Assembly (NCBI GenBank): GCA_963806185.1
Contig: CAWDXE010000001.1
Span: 992,001-1,056,000, forward strand
Length of the DNA stretch: 64,000 nucleotides
Direction: 5' to 3'
Source of the DNA: an uncultured candidate division Zixibacteria bacterium
Lineage (GTDB): Bacteria; Zixibacteria; MSB-5A5; GN15; FEB-12
The position numbers and the translations under genes were made by a program. The notes beneath the pieces were generated by a model. The model was not told the DNA's origin. It searched no databases and saw only the letters and a list, made by a program, of their open reading frames with translations. Positions 46,979 through 56,906 of this stretch are shown here, piece after piece; the stretch's first letter is position 1; the number at the start of each line of letters is the position of its first letter.

Positions 46979-48085
46979 TCAGTTTCTGTCAGCCATGGAT
47001 TGGTTGTAAGCCGAGATGATCTCGGCCTGGAGCGTGCTGATGCCCCGCTTTTCGAGGGCGGATACGGCTACTTTTCGATCACCGTTCAGCTCCGGCGGGA
47101 CGAAATCGGGCAACCGGTCAAGCTTGTTAAATACCAATATGTACGGGATCTTCTCCGCGCCGATTTCCTCCAGCACGCGCTCGGTCTGTTGAATCGTCTC
47201 TTCCAGATGAGCATCAGACACATCGATAACATGTAACAGCAAATCGGCCGTGCACACTTCCTCCAGCGTCGATTTGAATGATTCGACAAGTTGGTGCGGC
47301 AGCTTCTTGATGAATCCGACCGTATCGGAGAAAATGATCTGCGCCGGGTACCCCACCGACATTTGACGGGTCGTTGAATCCAGTGTCGTAAAGAGTTGAT
47401 TGGCGGTGGTCACGCCCGACTTGGTGAGCAGATTAAAGAGCGTCGATTTCCCGGCATTGGTATATCCCACCAGCGCCACCTTGAACAGTTCCTGACGCCC
47501 CTTGCGCTGGGTCGCCCGTTGCCGGTCCAGTTTCGCCAACTTCTCTTTGAGATGTGCGATCTTCGTGCGAACCTGCCGGCGGTCGATTTCCAACTGTGTT
47601 TCGCCTGGTCCCTTGGTGCCGATGCCACCATACTGCTTGGAGAAATGCACCCATGCACCGGTCAGCCGTGGCAGTGTGTACTCCAGTTGGGCCAGTTCCA
47701 CCTGCAATTTGGCGGCAGCGGTACGAGCCCGGGTGGCGAAGATATCCAAAATCAGAATCGGCCGGTCGATGACCTTGACCTCGAGTTCTTTCTCGAGATT
47801 CCGCTGCTGTCCGGCGGAGAGCGTATCGTCAAAAATCACCGTGTCGGCGCCCAGTTCTTTGAGCGCCTGCTTCAACTCGCTCACCAATCCCTTCCCCACA
47901 AACAACGCCGGATCGGGCCGCGGACGCACCTGCACCCGCCGTCCCACGACTCTGGCGTTGGCCGATGTTGCCAGTCGACCAAGTTCATCCAAAGATTGCT
48001 CGACAGCGGGGCGGTCGGTGGAGCGCTGAGCCACGCCAATGAGAAAGACTTTCTCTGTTGCGGTTGTACCGTGTTCTCTAATCAT
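46979..48085 (-). CDS. hflX: Ribosome-splitting GTPase HflX
   Basis: [50 protein letters not shown]. Confidence 0.96.
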   Translation of the reverse strand: MIREHGTTATEKVFLIGVAQRSTDRPAVEQSLDELGRLATSANARVVGRRVQVRPRPDPALFVGKGLVSELKQALKELGADTVIFDDTLSAGQQRNLEKELEVKVIDRPILILDIFATRARTAAAKLQVELAQLEYTLPRLTGAWVHFSKQYGGIGTKGPGETQLEIDRRQVRTKIAHLKEKLAKLDRQRATQRKGRQELFKVALVGYTNAGKSTLFNLLTKSGVTTANQLFTTLDSTTRQMSVGYPAQIIFSDTVGFIKKLPHQLVESFKSTLEEVCTADLLLHVIDVSDAHLEETIQQTERVLEEIGAEKIPYILVFNKLDRLPDFVPPELNGDRKVAVSALEKRGISTLQAEIISAYNQSMADRN

Positions 48086-48253
48086 GTCTACCGGCAAAGA
48101 TACCCCATTATTCGCACCTGTCAAATGGCAACTCGTTGGACGAAACGTTCTTGCGTGCGATTATTCGATGTGGACAGGGCGGCTCCAACATCATATATTG
48201 GTCTGGTCCGAGTAAACCGGCATCCCAATCACGTACTCTTGCGCGAGCGTACC

Positions 48254-49084
48254 ATGCCCGAGCCTGATGAGCAACTTAGCGAACGCCAACATCGCGAACA
48301 GGAATTCTACGACACGTATCGTCCGAAAAACGTCGTCAAAAGGGTCACCTTCGATTACGTCTTCGACCAGGTTTCCCGGCCGTGGAATTCCTATTGGTGT
48401 ACCTACAACGAAGTTTTCAGTCGGTTTCGCGATCCCTCACAACGACTGCTCGATTTTGGCTGTGGCCCCGGTGTCGGCTCAATTCGCTACGCCCGTCGGG
48501 GATATGTAGTGCATGGCTTTGATATTTCGGAAGCCAATATCGCCAATTGTCGCATGCTGGCGCAGACTTACGGCGTGGCCGATCGCACGTCCTTCTCGTC
48601 ACACGTTGCCGAAATTCTCCCCTACGATGACGAGTATTTCGATGTCGTCGTCGGCATGGATATCCTGCATCACATCGATATTCCCGTGGCTATCGGCGAG
48701 GTCAGACGGGTACTGAAGCCGGGCGGCGTGGCCGTCTTTCGGGAATGCATTGAAGCGCCCGTCTGGGATGCCGTTCGCAACTGGCGTCTCGTCACTCGTT
48801 TCTACCCCAAAGAAGCATCATTCGACACGCATATCACCGCCGACGAGCGCAAGATCAACGAGCATGACCTGGCCACCATCACGGGCATGTTCGAGGAGTA
48901 TCAGGTGCGACGCTTCGGGATTGTTAGCCGGTTGCACCGCTTGGTTCACGATCCCCGGCAGAAAGTGCTCGGGGGCCTGCAGCGGTTTGATTATTACCTG
49001 ACCAAGGTGGTGCCGCCAATCAGAAAGTTTGGCGGCGAACTGCTTCTCGTCCTGGAAAAGCGCCAGTCGCCGGCCGCTTCGTAG
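48254..49084 (+). CDS. Class I SAM-dependent methyltransferase
   Basis: LLDFGCGPG, GFDISE, FDVVVGMDILHH, RVLKPGG. True start ATG 48254; the upstream part of the 562-aa ORF is antisense to hflX. Confidence 0.85.
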   Translation: MPEPDEQLSERQHREQEFYDTYRPKNVVKRVTFDYVFDQVSRPWNSYWCTYNEVFSRFRDPSQRLLDFGCGPGVGSIRYARRGYVVHGFDISEANIANCRMLAQTYGVADRTSFSSHVAEILPYDDEYFDVVVGMDILHHIDIPVAIGEVRRVLKPGGVAVFRECIEAPVWDAVRNWRLVTRFYPKEASFDTHITADERKINEHDLATITGMFEEYQVRRFGIVSRLHRLVHDPRQKVLGGLQRFDYYLTKVVPPIRKFGGELLLVLEKRQSPAAS

Positions 49085-49102
49085 TCGAAAGGCGCAAACG
49101 AC

Positions 49103-49297
49103 CTATCCCTGGAATCCGCACGTCTTATGCGTGCCGTCACAAAACGGCTTGTCCTGTGACTGCCCGCACCGACACAGTGAGAACATCCCCTCTTTCTCAA
49201 CCACCGAACCGTCGGGCATTATGATTTCCGCCTTCATGCATTCCACCTTCGCGGAACCATTCGGCTTGATTCTGATCCGCACATTTCCTAGTTCCAT
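49103..49297 (-). CDS. CDGSH iron-sulfur domain protein
   Basis: LCRCGQSQDKPFCDGTH; SD GAGGAG. Confidence 0.92.
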   Translation of the reverse strand: MELGNVRIRIKPNGSAKVECMKAEIIMPDGSVVEKEGMFSLCRCGQSQDKPFCDGTHKTCGFQG

Positions 49298-49371
49298 ATG
49301 CTCCTCACATCTGATGTTTACGCAGTGAACGGTGCCGGCGCCCGTCGACTGAAAGATGATGCCGGAAGCGG

Positions 49372-49911
49372 CTAGGACGGACGGGTCTCTGACGGCTCCG
49401 GAGCAGTCGGCGGTTTCCCCTTTTGTAGGAATACCAACTGGATCATGAGCAAAATCAGGGAGCAGGTGATCGCCGAGTCGGCGACATTAAACGTCCAGAA
49501 CCGATCGAGTTGATAAAACGACAGGTGGATATCCGGAATGTCGATGTCAACAAAATCGACTACCTTCCCCAGCCGGATACGATCGATCAGATTCCCCACC
49601 GCCCCCGCCGCCATGAAAGCCAGCGGCCAGGCAATGGCCCTCTGCGTACGGTGTATCCAAAGATACCAGGCCAGAATCGGTAGAATTATCAGGGCCATTA
49701 TCGTGTACATCACGGGTGATCCAAACCGGGTCCCCATCGCCCCCCCTTCGTTGTACACCAGCGTGAATTGAACGAAAGTCCCCCACAATTGATAGGGCGG
49801 GCGGCCACTGAGTGCCGCAACCGCCCATACTTTGGTAATCTGATCGAGAATAATGACGGCCAGGAAGATTATTACCGGCCAAAGAAGAAGTCGTCGCTCA
49901 GCTGCGTCCAG
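49372..49911 (-). CDS. lspA: Lipoprotein signal peptidase II (start codon uncertain)
   Basis: DQITK, NEGGAMG, GAVGNLIDR, VVDFV, FNVADSAI. Confidence 0.9.
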   Translation of the reverse strand: MDAAERRLLLWPVIIFLAVIILDQITKVWAVAALSGRPPYQLWGTFVQFTLVYNEGGAMGTRFGSPVMYTIMALIILPILAWYLWIHRTQRAIAWPLAFMAAGAVGNLIDRIRLGKVVDFVDIDIPDIHLSFYQLDRFWTFNVADSAITCSLILLMIQLVFLQKGKPPTAPEPSETRPS

Positions 49912-50284
49912 TCTTTTGATCCTCTTCAGCCGATTTGCACTGGATGCACAGGCGAGCATGGGGCACCGCCTCGAGCCGCGCGGCCGAAATCGGCTTCTTG
50001 CAGCTCTCGCAGAGACCGTAGGTCCCTTCTTTTATACGCCGCAGGGCCTGATCGATATGGTAGACCAGCCGGCCCGACTTCGACGCAAACAGGAACGCCA
50101 TCTCACGGTCCATCGTATCGGTCCCTTGGTCCGCCATGTGGTACGAATACGCCGAGAGATCGCCGGTCGCTTCACGCGTGGTCGACCCGCCATAACTGTC
50201 CCCAACCACGCCCATCTCGTCCAACATCTCTTTCTTCTTCGCCAGGAGCAATGTCTCGTACTTTTTGAGTTCCGTATCCTTCAT
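49898..50284 (-). CDS. TraR/DksA C4 zinc-finger protein
   Basis: HMADQGTD, ALRRI..GTYGLCESC...RLEAVP.ARLCIQC; sits between ileS and lspA. Confidence 0.92.
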   Translation of the reverse strand: MKDTELKKYETLLLAKKKEMLDEMGVVGDSYGGSTTREATGDLSAYSYHMADQGTDTMDREMAFLFASKSGRLVYHIDQALRRIKEGTYGLCESCKKPISAARLEAVPHARLCIQCKSAEEDQKTGRS

Positions 50285-50296
50285 GTCCGCTCCCAC

Positions 50297-53200
50297 TTAA
50301 GTTTTTGCAACCGCAATGGCGGCCTTCTCGCCGTTTATAGTCCATTCCGTTCCCCCCGGCAGGCTCACGGAATCCGCCCCATCCATAAACTCCAGAGTAT
50401 GCGCCAGAGTTTCCTTCCGAATGAACGATTCATGCTTCATGACCGCGGCTCTGAGTCGCGGCGACGACGCCACCCGAACCGTGATATGGTCGGACACGTC
50501 AAATCCGGACGTCTTTCGCATATTCTGAATCTTGTTCACCATTTCCCGAGCAAACCCTTCGTCCACCAACTCGGCCGTCAAATTCGTCGACAACGCTACC
50601 GTTACCCGACCGTCACTTTCTACCGCCCAGCCTTCCTTTTCGATCTTCTGAATGTCAGCATCTTCAGAAGTCAGCGTCACACTGCGCCCATTGAGGTCCA
50701 GGGTGAGCGCGCCGGTCGTGCGGAATTGCGCCAATTGCTCGCTGCCCAGAGTGGACAACTGGCTGGCCGCCTGCTTAACGTCGCCGCCAAGTTTCGGACC
50801 GGCTACTTTGAAATTCAGTTTGGCTGAGTAGCTGACGTAACTATCCAAATCGGCAGCATCTTCGATTCTCTTAATGTTTAGCTCGTCCCGCACAATTTCC
50901 AGGAACGGTGTCAATCGGTTGAACATGTTTTTGCCGACAACATGGATCATCATTTGAGCCAACGGCTGCCGCACCTTCAGATTCTTGCGCGACCGCGCCG
51001 CCCGCCCCAGCGACACCATATTCTCCACCAATCCCATCGCCTCTTCCAGATCGGCGTCAATCAGGCTCTCGTCTGACTTCGGGAATGGCATCATATGGAC
51101 CGACAGTGGCAAGCCGTGTTTCTGGCGACTCGGGCCGGTAAGTTCCTTCCAGATCAACTCCGACGTAAACGGCGACACTGGCGCGCTCAACCGGCAAACC
51201 CCCTCCAAAACGCGCCAAAGCGTCAGGTAGGCCCGCAATTTCGACGGTTCCAAACCAGGCCCCCAGAACCGGCGGCGGTTGTTACGAACATACCAATTGG
51301 ACAATTCTTCAATCACAAAATACTGGATCGCTCGCACCGGCCGCGTGATCTCATAGGCGTCAAACGCCTTGGTGACGTCGCGCGCCAGCGTGTTGTACTT
51401 GGACACGATCCACCGGTCAAACGTCTCGGCCGGCCCGGCATGCTTTTCCAGGTACTGCTCCACCGAAAGGCCGGACTTCTCCGCCTCCTCCACGACCTCG
51501 TCGATATTGGCGTAGATGGCAAGAAACGAGTAGGTATTGCGCAGCGTGTCAAAATACTTGCGCCCTACTTCACCCAGTCCCTCAATGTCGAACTTTGTCG
51601 GGACCCACAGAGCGGAGTTACTCAGAAGGTACCAGCGGGTCGGATCGGCCCCGTACTGCGCCACGGTCTCAAACGGGTCGAACACGTTCCCCTTATGCTT
51701 CGACATCTTCTTGCCTTCTTTGTCAAGAATGAACTCGAGTACGACGACATTCTTGAAGGCGGGCTTGTCAAACAGCATGGTCGAAATAGCCAGCAGCGAA
51801 TAAAACCAGCCGCGCGTCTGGTCAACCGCCTCGGAAATAAAATCGGCCGGGAAGTTCTGATCGAAAACTTCCTTGTTTTCAAACGGATAATGCCACTGGG
51901 CATACGGCATGGCGCCCGAATCGAACCAGACGTCGATTACCTCCGGCACGCGCGTCATTACCCCGCCGCATTCACACGTCAATTTGACCTTGTCGATTAC
52001 CGGTTTGTGGAGATCGACGTCCGGTGGCACCTTGTCCCCTTCTCGGCGCAACTGTTCGATCGATCCTACCGCGCGGGTCTTGCCGCACGATGAATCATCA
52101 CACACCCAGATTGGCAGGGGCGTTCCCCAGAACCGCTCGCGTGAGAGCGCCCAGTCGACGTTGTTCTCCAGCCAGTTGAGCATTCGTCCGGTGCGGATTT
52201 CATCCGGCACCCAATTGATAGCATTGTTGTTTGCCAGCAACTGGTCACGGAACTGGGTCGTCTTGATGTACCACGACTGCCGCGCGATGTAAATCAGCGG
52301 TGAGTCGCACCGCCAGCAGAATGGATAGTTGTGCTCGTATAGCTCCTTCTTGAAGAGCTTGCCGCTGATCTTCAAATCCTTGATGATGATCGGATCGGCG
52401 TCCTTAATGTACATGCCCGAGTACGGCCCGGTGTTCTCGCGGAACAGTCCATTGGCTTCCACTGCCTGCAACACCGGCAGATTAAACACTTTGCCGATCT
52501 CGTAGTCATCCGCCCCGTACCCCGGCGCGATATGCACGATCCCCGTGCCGTCTTCCATGGTGACGAATTCGCCGACGATTACCTTCCAGGCGTCGTATCC
52601 GTCCTTCTTAAACGTGTCAAACAGCGGCTCATACCGGCGACCCACATACTCATTCCCCTTTTTTCGCTCCAGCGCGGTCTTCTCTTCACCGAATACTTTG
52701 TGCACCAACGCCTCGGCCAGCACCAGCTTCTCGCCTTCGTGTTCGACCATCACATAGTCGGCGTCGGAGCGCATACACAGCGCCGCATTGGACGGCAGCG
52801 TCCACGGGGTCGTCGTCCATACCAGGTAGCTGAAATCGCCATCAGCCGCCTTCATCTTGACGAAGATCGACGGATCCTTGACGACATCATACCCCTGGGC
52901 CACTTCGTGTGAGGATAATCCGGTGCCGCAGCGGGGACAGAACGGAACTGTCTTGTACCCGACATACAGCAGGTCGCGGTCGAACAGATTCTTGAGAATC
53001 CACCAGACCGACTCGATATACTCATTCTTGAGCGTCACATACGCATCGTCCAGATCAAGCCAGTAGCCGATCCGTCGCGTGATGTCATTCCAGTCCTTGA
53101 GGTACTTGAAGACCGACTCCCGGCACCGCTGATTGAACTTGTCGATACCGTATTCGATAATCTTCGCCTTGGAGTCGAGCCCCAGTTGCTTCTCGACCTC

Positions 53201-53494
53201 GATCTCCACCGGCAAACCGTGGGTGTCCCATCCCCCCTTACGATCCACTCGATACCCCTGCATCGCCTTGTACCGACAGACTAAGTCTTTGACTGTGCGA
53301 GCGATTACATGGTGAATGCCCGGCCGGCCATTGGCGGTCGGCGGACCTTCATAAAAAACAAACCGAGGCCGATCATGCGCCAGCGCCCGAGCCTTGTGGA
53401 ATATGTCATGGGCGTCCCAGAACTCAAGCACCTTGAGCTCGGCCGACGACTGCGTGAACTGGTCCTTTAGTGGATCGAACTTCATATGTACCAT
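50297..53494 (-). CDS. ileS: Isoleucyl-tRNA synthetase, type 2 (eukaryote/archaea-like)
   Basis: YEGPPTANGRPGIHH, GWDTHGLPVE, WTTTPWTLPSN, DWALSRERFWG, DQTRGWFY, KMSKHKGN, C-terminal EGFAREMVNKIQ..RK. Confidence 0.97.
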   Translation of the reverse strand: MVHMKFDPLKDQFTQSSAELKVLEFWDAHDIFHKARALAHDRPRFVFYEGPPTANGRPGIHHVIARTVKDLVCRYKAMQGYRVDRKGGWDTHGLPVEIEVEKQLGLDSKAKIIEYGIDKFNQRCRESVFKYLKDWNDITRRIGYWLDLDDAYVTLKNEYIESVWWILKNLFDRDLLYVGYKTVPFCPRCGTGLSSHEVAQGYDVVKDPSIFVKMKAADGDFSYLVWTTTPWTLPSNAALCMRSDADYVMVEHEGEKLVLAEALVHKVFGEEKTALERKKGNEYVGRRYEPLFDTFKKDGYDAWKVIVGEFVTMEDGTGIVHIAPGYGADDYEIGKVFNLPVLQAVEANGLFRENTGPYSGMYIKDADPIIIKDLKISGKLFKKELYEHNYPFCWRCDSPLIYIARQSWYIKTTQFRDQLLANNNAINWVPDEIRTGRMLNWLENNVDWALSRERFWGTPLPIWVCDDSSCGKTRAVGSIEQLRREGDKVPPDVDLHKPVIDKVKLTCECGGVMTRVPEVIDVWFDSGAMPYAQWHYPFENKEVFDQNFPADFISEAVDQTRGWFYSLLAISTMLFDKPAFKNVVVLEFILDKEGKKMSKHKGNVFDPFETVAQYGADPTRWYLLSNSALWVPTKFDIEGLGEVGRKYFDTLRNTYSFLAIYANIDEVVEEAEKSGLSVEQYLEKHAGPAETFDRWIVSKYNTLARDVTKAFDAYEITRPVRAIQYFVIEELSNWYVRNNRRRFWGPGLEPSKLRAYLTLWRVLEGVCRLSAPVSPFTSELIWKELTGPSRQKHGLPLSVHMMPFPKSDESLIDADLEEAMGLVENMVSLGRAARSRKNLKVRQPLAQMMIHVVGKNMFNRLTPFLEIVRDELNIKRIEDAADLDSYVSYSAKLNFKVAGPKLGGDVKQAASQLSTLGSEQLAQFRTTGALTLDLNGRSVTLTSEDADIQKIEKEGWAVESDGRVTVALSTNLTAELVDEGFAREMVNKIQNMRKTSGFDVSDHITVRVASSPRLRAAVMKHESFIRKETLAHTLEFMDGADSVSLPGGTEWTINGEKAAIAVAKT

Positions 53495-54047
53495 TCCGAT
53501 ATAGCCGGTTACAATACGAAATTCCGCCTCGGTTTGTAAAGGTTTTTATCGCCCGCCGGACTTGCTCCCCCTGCGCCCCCCAGGATGGTCTCCTCAGCCG
53601 ACCCTCCCGGGAACCGCCGGTCAGGTGCGATCGCGTGTGACAAACCGAAGATTCTTCTTGACCGAAGCGGTCAATATTGTATATCTTGACTCCATATAAT
53701 CTATGATATCCGGTTTTGTGGCGCCCCAGTACGCTGTCTCTTGCGTCCCGAACCGTAACGACTTTTCGAACAACTGAATCCCAGACCGTGACTTTGGCTT
53801 TGCCGGTTTTTGGTATTGATCAATGAGCGCACACGCAGGATCAGGAGATCCTTCTCACGGGGGGTGGGAGAATGTCCCGGGCCGCAGTATGGCATGTAAT
53901 GATGACTGCCGATTCGTCAAGCTCACGCAGGCGCCTCAACTGGTCGCCGGCGACTCCAGCCCGGGATCACCGCTCTCGAAAAATGTCTGACAGAAGCTGT
54001 TTTCGTGAATAGATGACCAATACTCAATCAGAGAATGGAGGAGGTCA

Positions 54048-56777
54048 ATGACCTTCAAAACCCTCATGCGATGTAGCCTTGCGCTGCTGACGTTATTTGT
54101 TATACCGTTGGCAGTGCAGGCCACGGTGCACAATGTGAGCATCGTGGAATTTTCCTTCAACCCCACCCCGCTGCAAATCGAGTGGGGTGATACGGTGAAG
54201 TGGACAAACAACGGTGCTATGGAGCACACGTCGACTTCCACCGCCGCTTCGCCCAAATCCTGGGATTCCGGGTCGTTGCTGCCCGGCCAGTCGTTTTCCG
54301 TCGATTTTCCCTCTGACGACGGCCCAGGGCCGTTCCCCTACGTATGTACGTTCCATAGTCTCTCGATGACGGGTGTGATCATCATCCTGCCGGCGCCGCG
54401 CGGCGCCTGCTGTCTGCCCACTCCCCCGGGTGGCTGCGTCATCAAGACGTTGAAAGAATGTACCGCCTTGGGCGGCACGTACCAGGGCGACAATGTCACC
54501 TGCGCCCAGGCCAATTGCGGTTCGGGGCCGACCGGCGCTTGCTGCCTTCTTACGGGTTGCGTCCAGATGACCGCCCAGAACTGCGCCGCGGCCAACGGTT
54601 ACTACATGGGGGACAACACGAGTTGTGGTACCCCGAACATCTGCATTGTTGTCGGAGCCTGCTGCGTCCCGGCGACGGGCCAGTGTTTTGAAACCAACAT
54701 GCCGTCCGAATGCGCCAACGTGAATGGCATTTTCACACCCGGCGGGACGTGTGCCACGGTTAATTGTGGTACGCCGACCGGCGCCTGCTGTACGCAGGGA
54801 GCCGCTGGATCGGTGTGTTCGGTCATTACGGCCGCGGCTTGCGCTGCTGCCGGTGGCACTTACTACGGCGACGGCACCAATTGCAACAGCAATCCGTGTG
54901 ATAACACCTTTGGTGCCTGCTGTCTGCCGAGCGGCGCTTGCGTTCAGTTGACGGCCTTCGAATGTGACCTCGCTCACGGTATCTTTGCCGGCCCCAACAC
55001 GCCGTGTACTGGCCAAACTTGTCACCCCGTTGAAGGCGCTTGCTGCGTCCCCGGTGCGACCTGCTTCCAGACCACTGAGGATCAGTGCAAAGCTGCCGGT
55101 GGCATTTGGGCAGGTGCCGGCGTTCCGTGCGTACCTGACCCGTGCAGCCCGCCACGCGGCGCCTGCTGTATACCCGGTGCCCCTTGTATGATGCTCTCGG
55201 CGGCCGATTGTGCCGCAGCCGGCGGCATCTACAAAGGCGACGGTGTCCCGTGCACGCCGGGCATCTGTAACAATAATCCCGAAATCGGTGCCTGCTGCCT
55301 GCCCAACGGCCAGTGCGTCCAGGTACTCGAGGCCGACTGTATCAAGCATCAAGGTCAGTGGCAAGGTCCGGGGACTCCTTGCGTAGCCGGGCTCTGCCCG
55401 ACTCCGGTCGAGGGTGCCTGTTGTATCCCCGGTGCCGGCTGTGTGATCATGACCCAGGCCGAGTGCTTGCACCAGGGTGGCATCTATAAGGGTGACGGCA
55501 CCAATTGCCTGCCGCCGAATCCGTGCGATCCGCCTGTCGGCGCCTGCTGCACGCAAACCGGTGGCTGCGTCCAGACTACGGCCCAAAAGTGTAAAGACCA
55601 CGGCGGTGTCTGGCAGGGTATTGGCGTACCGTGTATTCCTAATCCGTGCAAAACCAACGATACCACTGGCGCTTGCTGTCTGCCGGACGGCACCTGCATC
55701 AGCCCCGTCACACCGGTGGATTGCCAATTCAAACACGGCATCTTCCTCGGCGTCGGGACTGCCTGCGTCGGCGTCCAGTGTCCGACCAATATCGACGGCG
55801 CCTGCTGCTTGCCGAATGGTACCTGCGTTCAGGCCCTTCAGTCTGAATGCAAACAGTTCGGCGGTACCTGGTACGGCGGTGGCGTTCCTTGCTCACCGAC
55901 CCTCTGCCCGCCTGCTGAAACCGGCGCCTGCTGTCTGCCCGACGGTAGTTGCATCCAGACCACGCCGCTTCTCTGCAAGCGGAAACAGGGCGTCTTCCAG
56001 GGTGCCGGTTCCAACTGCGCGCTGGTCCACTGCAAGCCTCCGACGAAGGGTGCCTGCTGTCTGCCCGACGGCACCTGTGCGCTGACGACGGCTGCTCAGT
56101 GTAAAGCCTCCCACGGTGCCTGGCAGGGCAACGGTACTAGTTGCTCGCCGAATCCGTGCGGCAAACCCAAAGGTGCCTGCTGTCTCCCGACCGGTGGTTG
56201 TGTTGTCGTGACGGCGATCGAATGCGAACGCTTGCACGGCATCTACAAGGGTGACAACATCCCATGTCTCGCCACCACTTGCGAACCGAATCACCCGCAA
56301 GGTGGTTGCTGCCTGCCTAATGGCGCCGGCTGTGTCGTGACGACGCAGACCGATTGTGCTGCTATCGGCGGCGTCTACATGGGTAACGGCGCGCCATGCA
56401 ACGCGGCGGTCTGCCCGGTCTCTGCTCCGACCGGTTGCTGTCGCTTGCCCGACGGTACGGCCATCCAGACTACGGGCGTGGCCTGTGCCGGCGCCGGTGG
56501 CTTCTATCTCGGCGATAATACCAAGTGCCCGATCGCGTCAACTTTGACCAGTTGCTGCGTCGGGGCGACCGGCAATATCGACGGCGATCCCGCCGGTGGT
56601 GTCGACATTGGCGACTTAACCGCCTTCATTGATAACCTGTTCATCAACTTCACGCCGGTTCCATGCGATCAGTCGGCTGACCTTGATGGCAACGGGAGTA
56701 TCGATATTGGCGACATGACCGCCCTCATCGACAACCTGTTCATCACGTTTACCGATCCGGGACCGTGTACTGAATAG
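54048..56777 (+). CDS. Secreted cupredoxin + 17 Cys-rich repeats + dockerin-like C-terminal domain protein
   Basis: SD GGAGGAGG. Signal peptide, FNP..LQI..GDTVKWTN...HTST...WDSG...YVCTFHSLSM (type-1 Cu ligands H,C,H,M), tandem GACC repeats, terminal CCVGATGNID. Confidence 0.85.
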   Translation: MTFKTLMRCSLALLTLFVIPLAVQATVHNVSIVEFSFNPTPLQIEWGDTVKWTNNGAMEHTSTSTAASPKSWDSGSLLPGQSFSVDFPSDDGPGPFPYVCTFHSLSMTGVIIILPAPRGACCLPTPPGGCVIKTLKECTALGGTYQGDNVTCAQANCGSGPTGACCLLTGCVQMTAQNCAAANGYYMGDNTSCGTPNICIVVGACCVPATGQCFETNMPSECANVNGIFTPGGTCATVNCGTPTGACCTQGAAGSVCSVITAAACAAAGGTYYGDGTNCNSNPCDNTFGACCLPSGACVQLTAFECDLAHGIFAGPNTPCTGQTCHPVEGACCVPGATCFQTTEDQCKAAGGIWAGAGVPCVPDPCSPPRGACCIPGAPCMMLSAADCAAAGGIYKGDGVPCTPGICNNNPEIGACCLPNGQCVQVLEADCIKHQGQWQGPGTPCVAGLCPTPVEGACCIPGAGCVIMTQAECLHQGGIYKGDGTNCLPPNPCDPPVGACCTQTGGCVQTTAQKCKDHGGVWQGIGVPCIPNPCKTNDTTGACCLPDGTCISPVTPVDCQFKHGIFLGVGTACVGVQCPTNIDGACCLPNGTCVQALQSECKQFGGTWYGGGVPCSPTLCPPAETGACCLPDGSCIQTTPLLCKRKQGVFQGAGSNCALVHCKPPTKGACCLPDGTCALTTAAQCKASHGAWQGNGTSCSPNPCGKPKGACCLPTGGCVVVTAIECERLHGIYKGDNIPCLATTCEPNHPQGGCCLPNGAGCVVTTQTDCAAIGGVYMGNGAPCNAAVCPVSAPTGCCRLPDGTAIQTTGVACAGAGGFYLGDNTKCPIASTLTSCCVGATGNIDGDPAGGVDIGDLTAFIDNLFINFTPVPCDQSADLDGNGSIDIGDMTALIDNLFITFTDPGPCTE
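54402..56530 (+). repeat. Coding tandem repeat: 16 full and 1 degenerate copies of a ~41-44 aa six-cysteine unit
   Basis: Consensus GACCLPxGxCxxxTxxxCxxxGGx(W/Y/F)xGxGTxCxxxxC; visible in DNA as recurring GG(C/T)GC(C/T)TGCTG. Confidence 0.92.
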
Positions 56778-56803
56778 CACTTTCGAAGTGATGTGAACTC
56801 AGT

Positions 56804-56841
56804 GCGGCGGTTGTGCTTTGGCACAGCCGCCGCTTTATTTT
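56804..56841 (+). terminator. Intrinsic terminator after the Cys-rich gene
   Basis: GCGGCGGTTGTGC-TTTG-GCACAGCCGCCGC followed by TTTATTTT. Confidence 0.85.
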
Positions 56842-56906
56842 GCTCGACCATTGCCCAACGACCCGCCGAAGCGTACATTGGGGGGGATTATTGACGAATT
56901 ATCTCT

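Noticed and set aside
47396..48253. N-terminal 286 aa of the 562-aa ORF
   Set aside because: Antisense shadow of hflX; the methyltransferase begins at 48254.
53495..53550. T-box leader for ileS
   Set aside because: A promoter-like TTTACA-18-TATTGT lies close to the start codon and no T-box motif was seen.
54093..55736. 547-aa minus-strand ORF and other long antisense ORFs (e.g. 36395-37495, 51095-52093)
   Set aside because: Shadows of GC-rich real genes; no recognisable motifs.
54402..56530. Regularly spaced GGCGCCTGCTG motifs as a CRISPR array or DGR repeats
   Set aside because: They are in-frame codons for GACC with synonymous variation; no cas gene or reverse transcriptase nearby.
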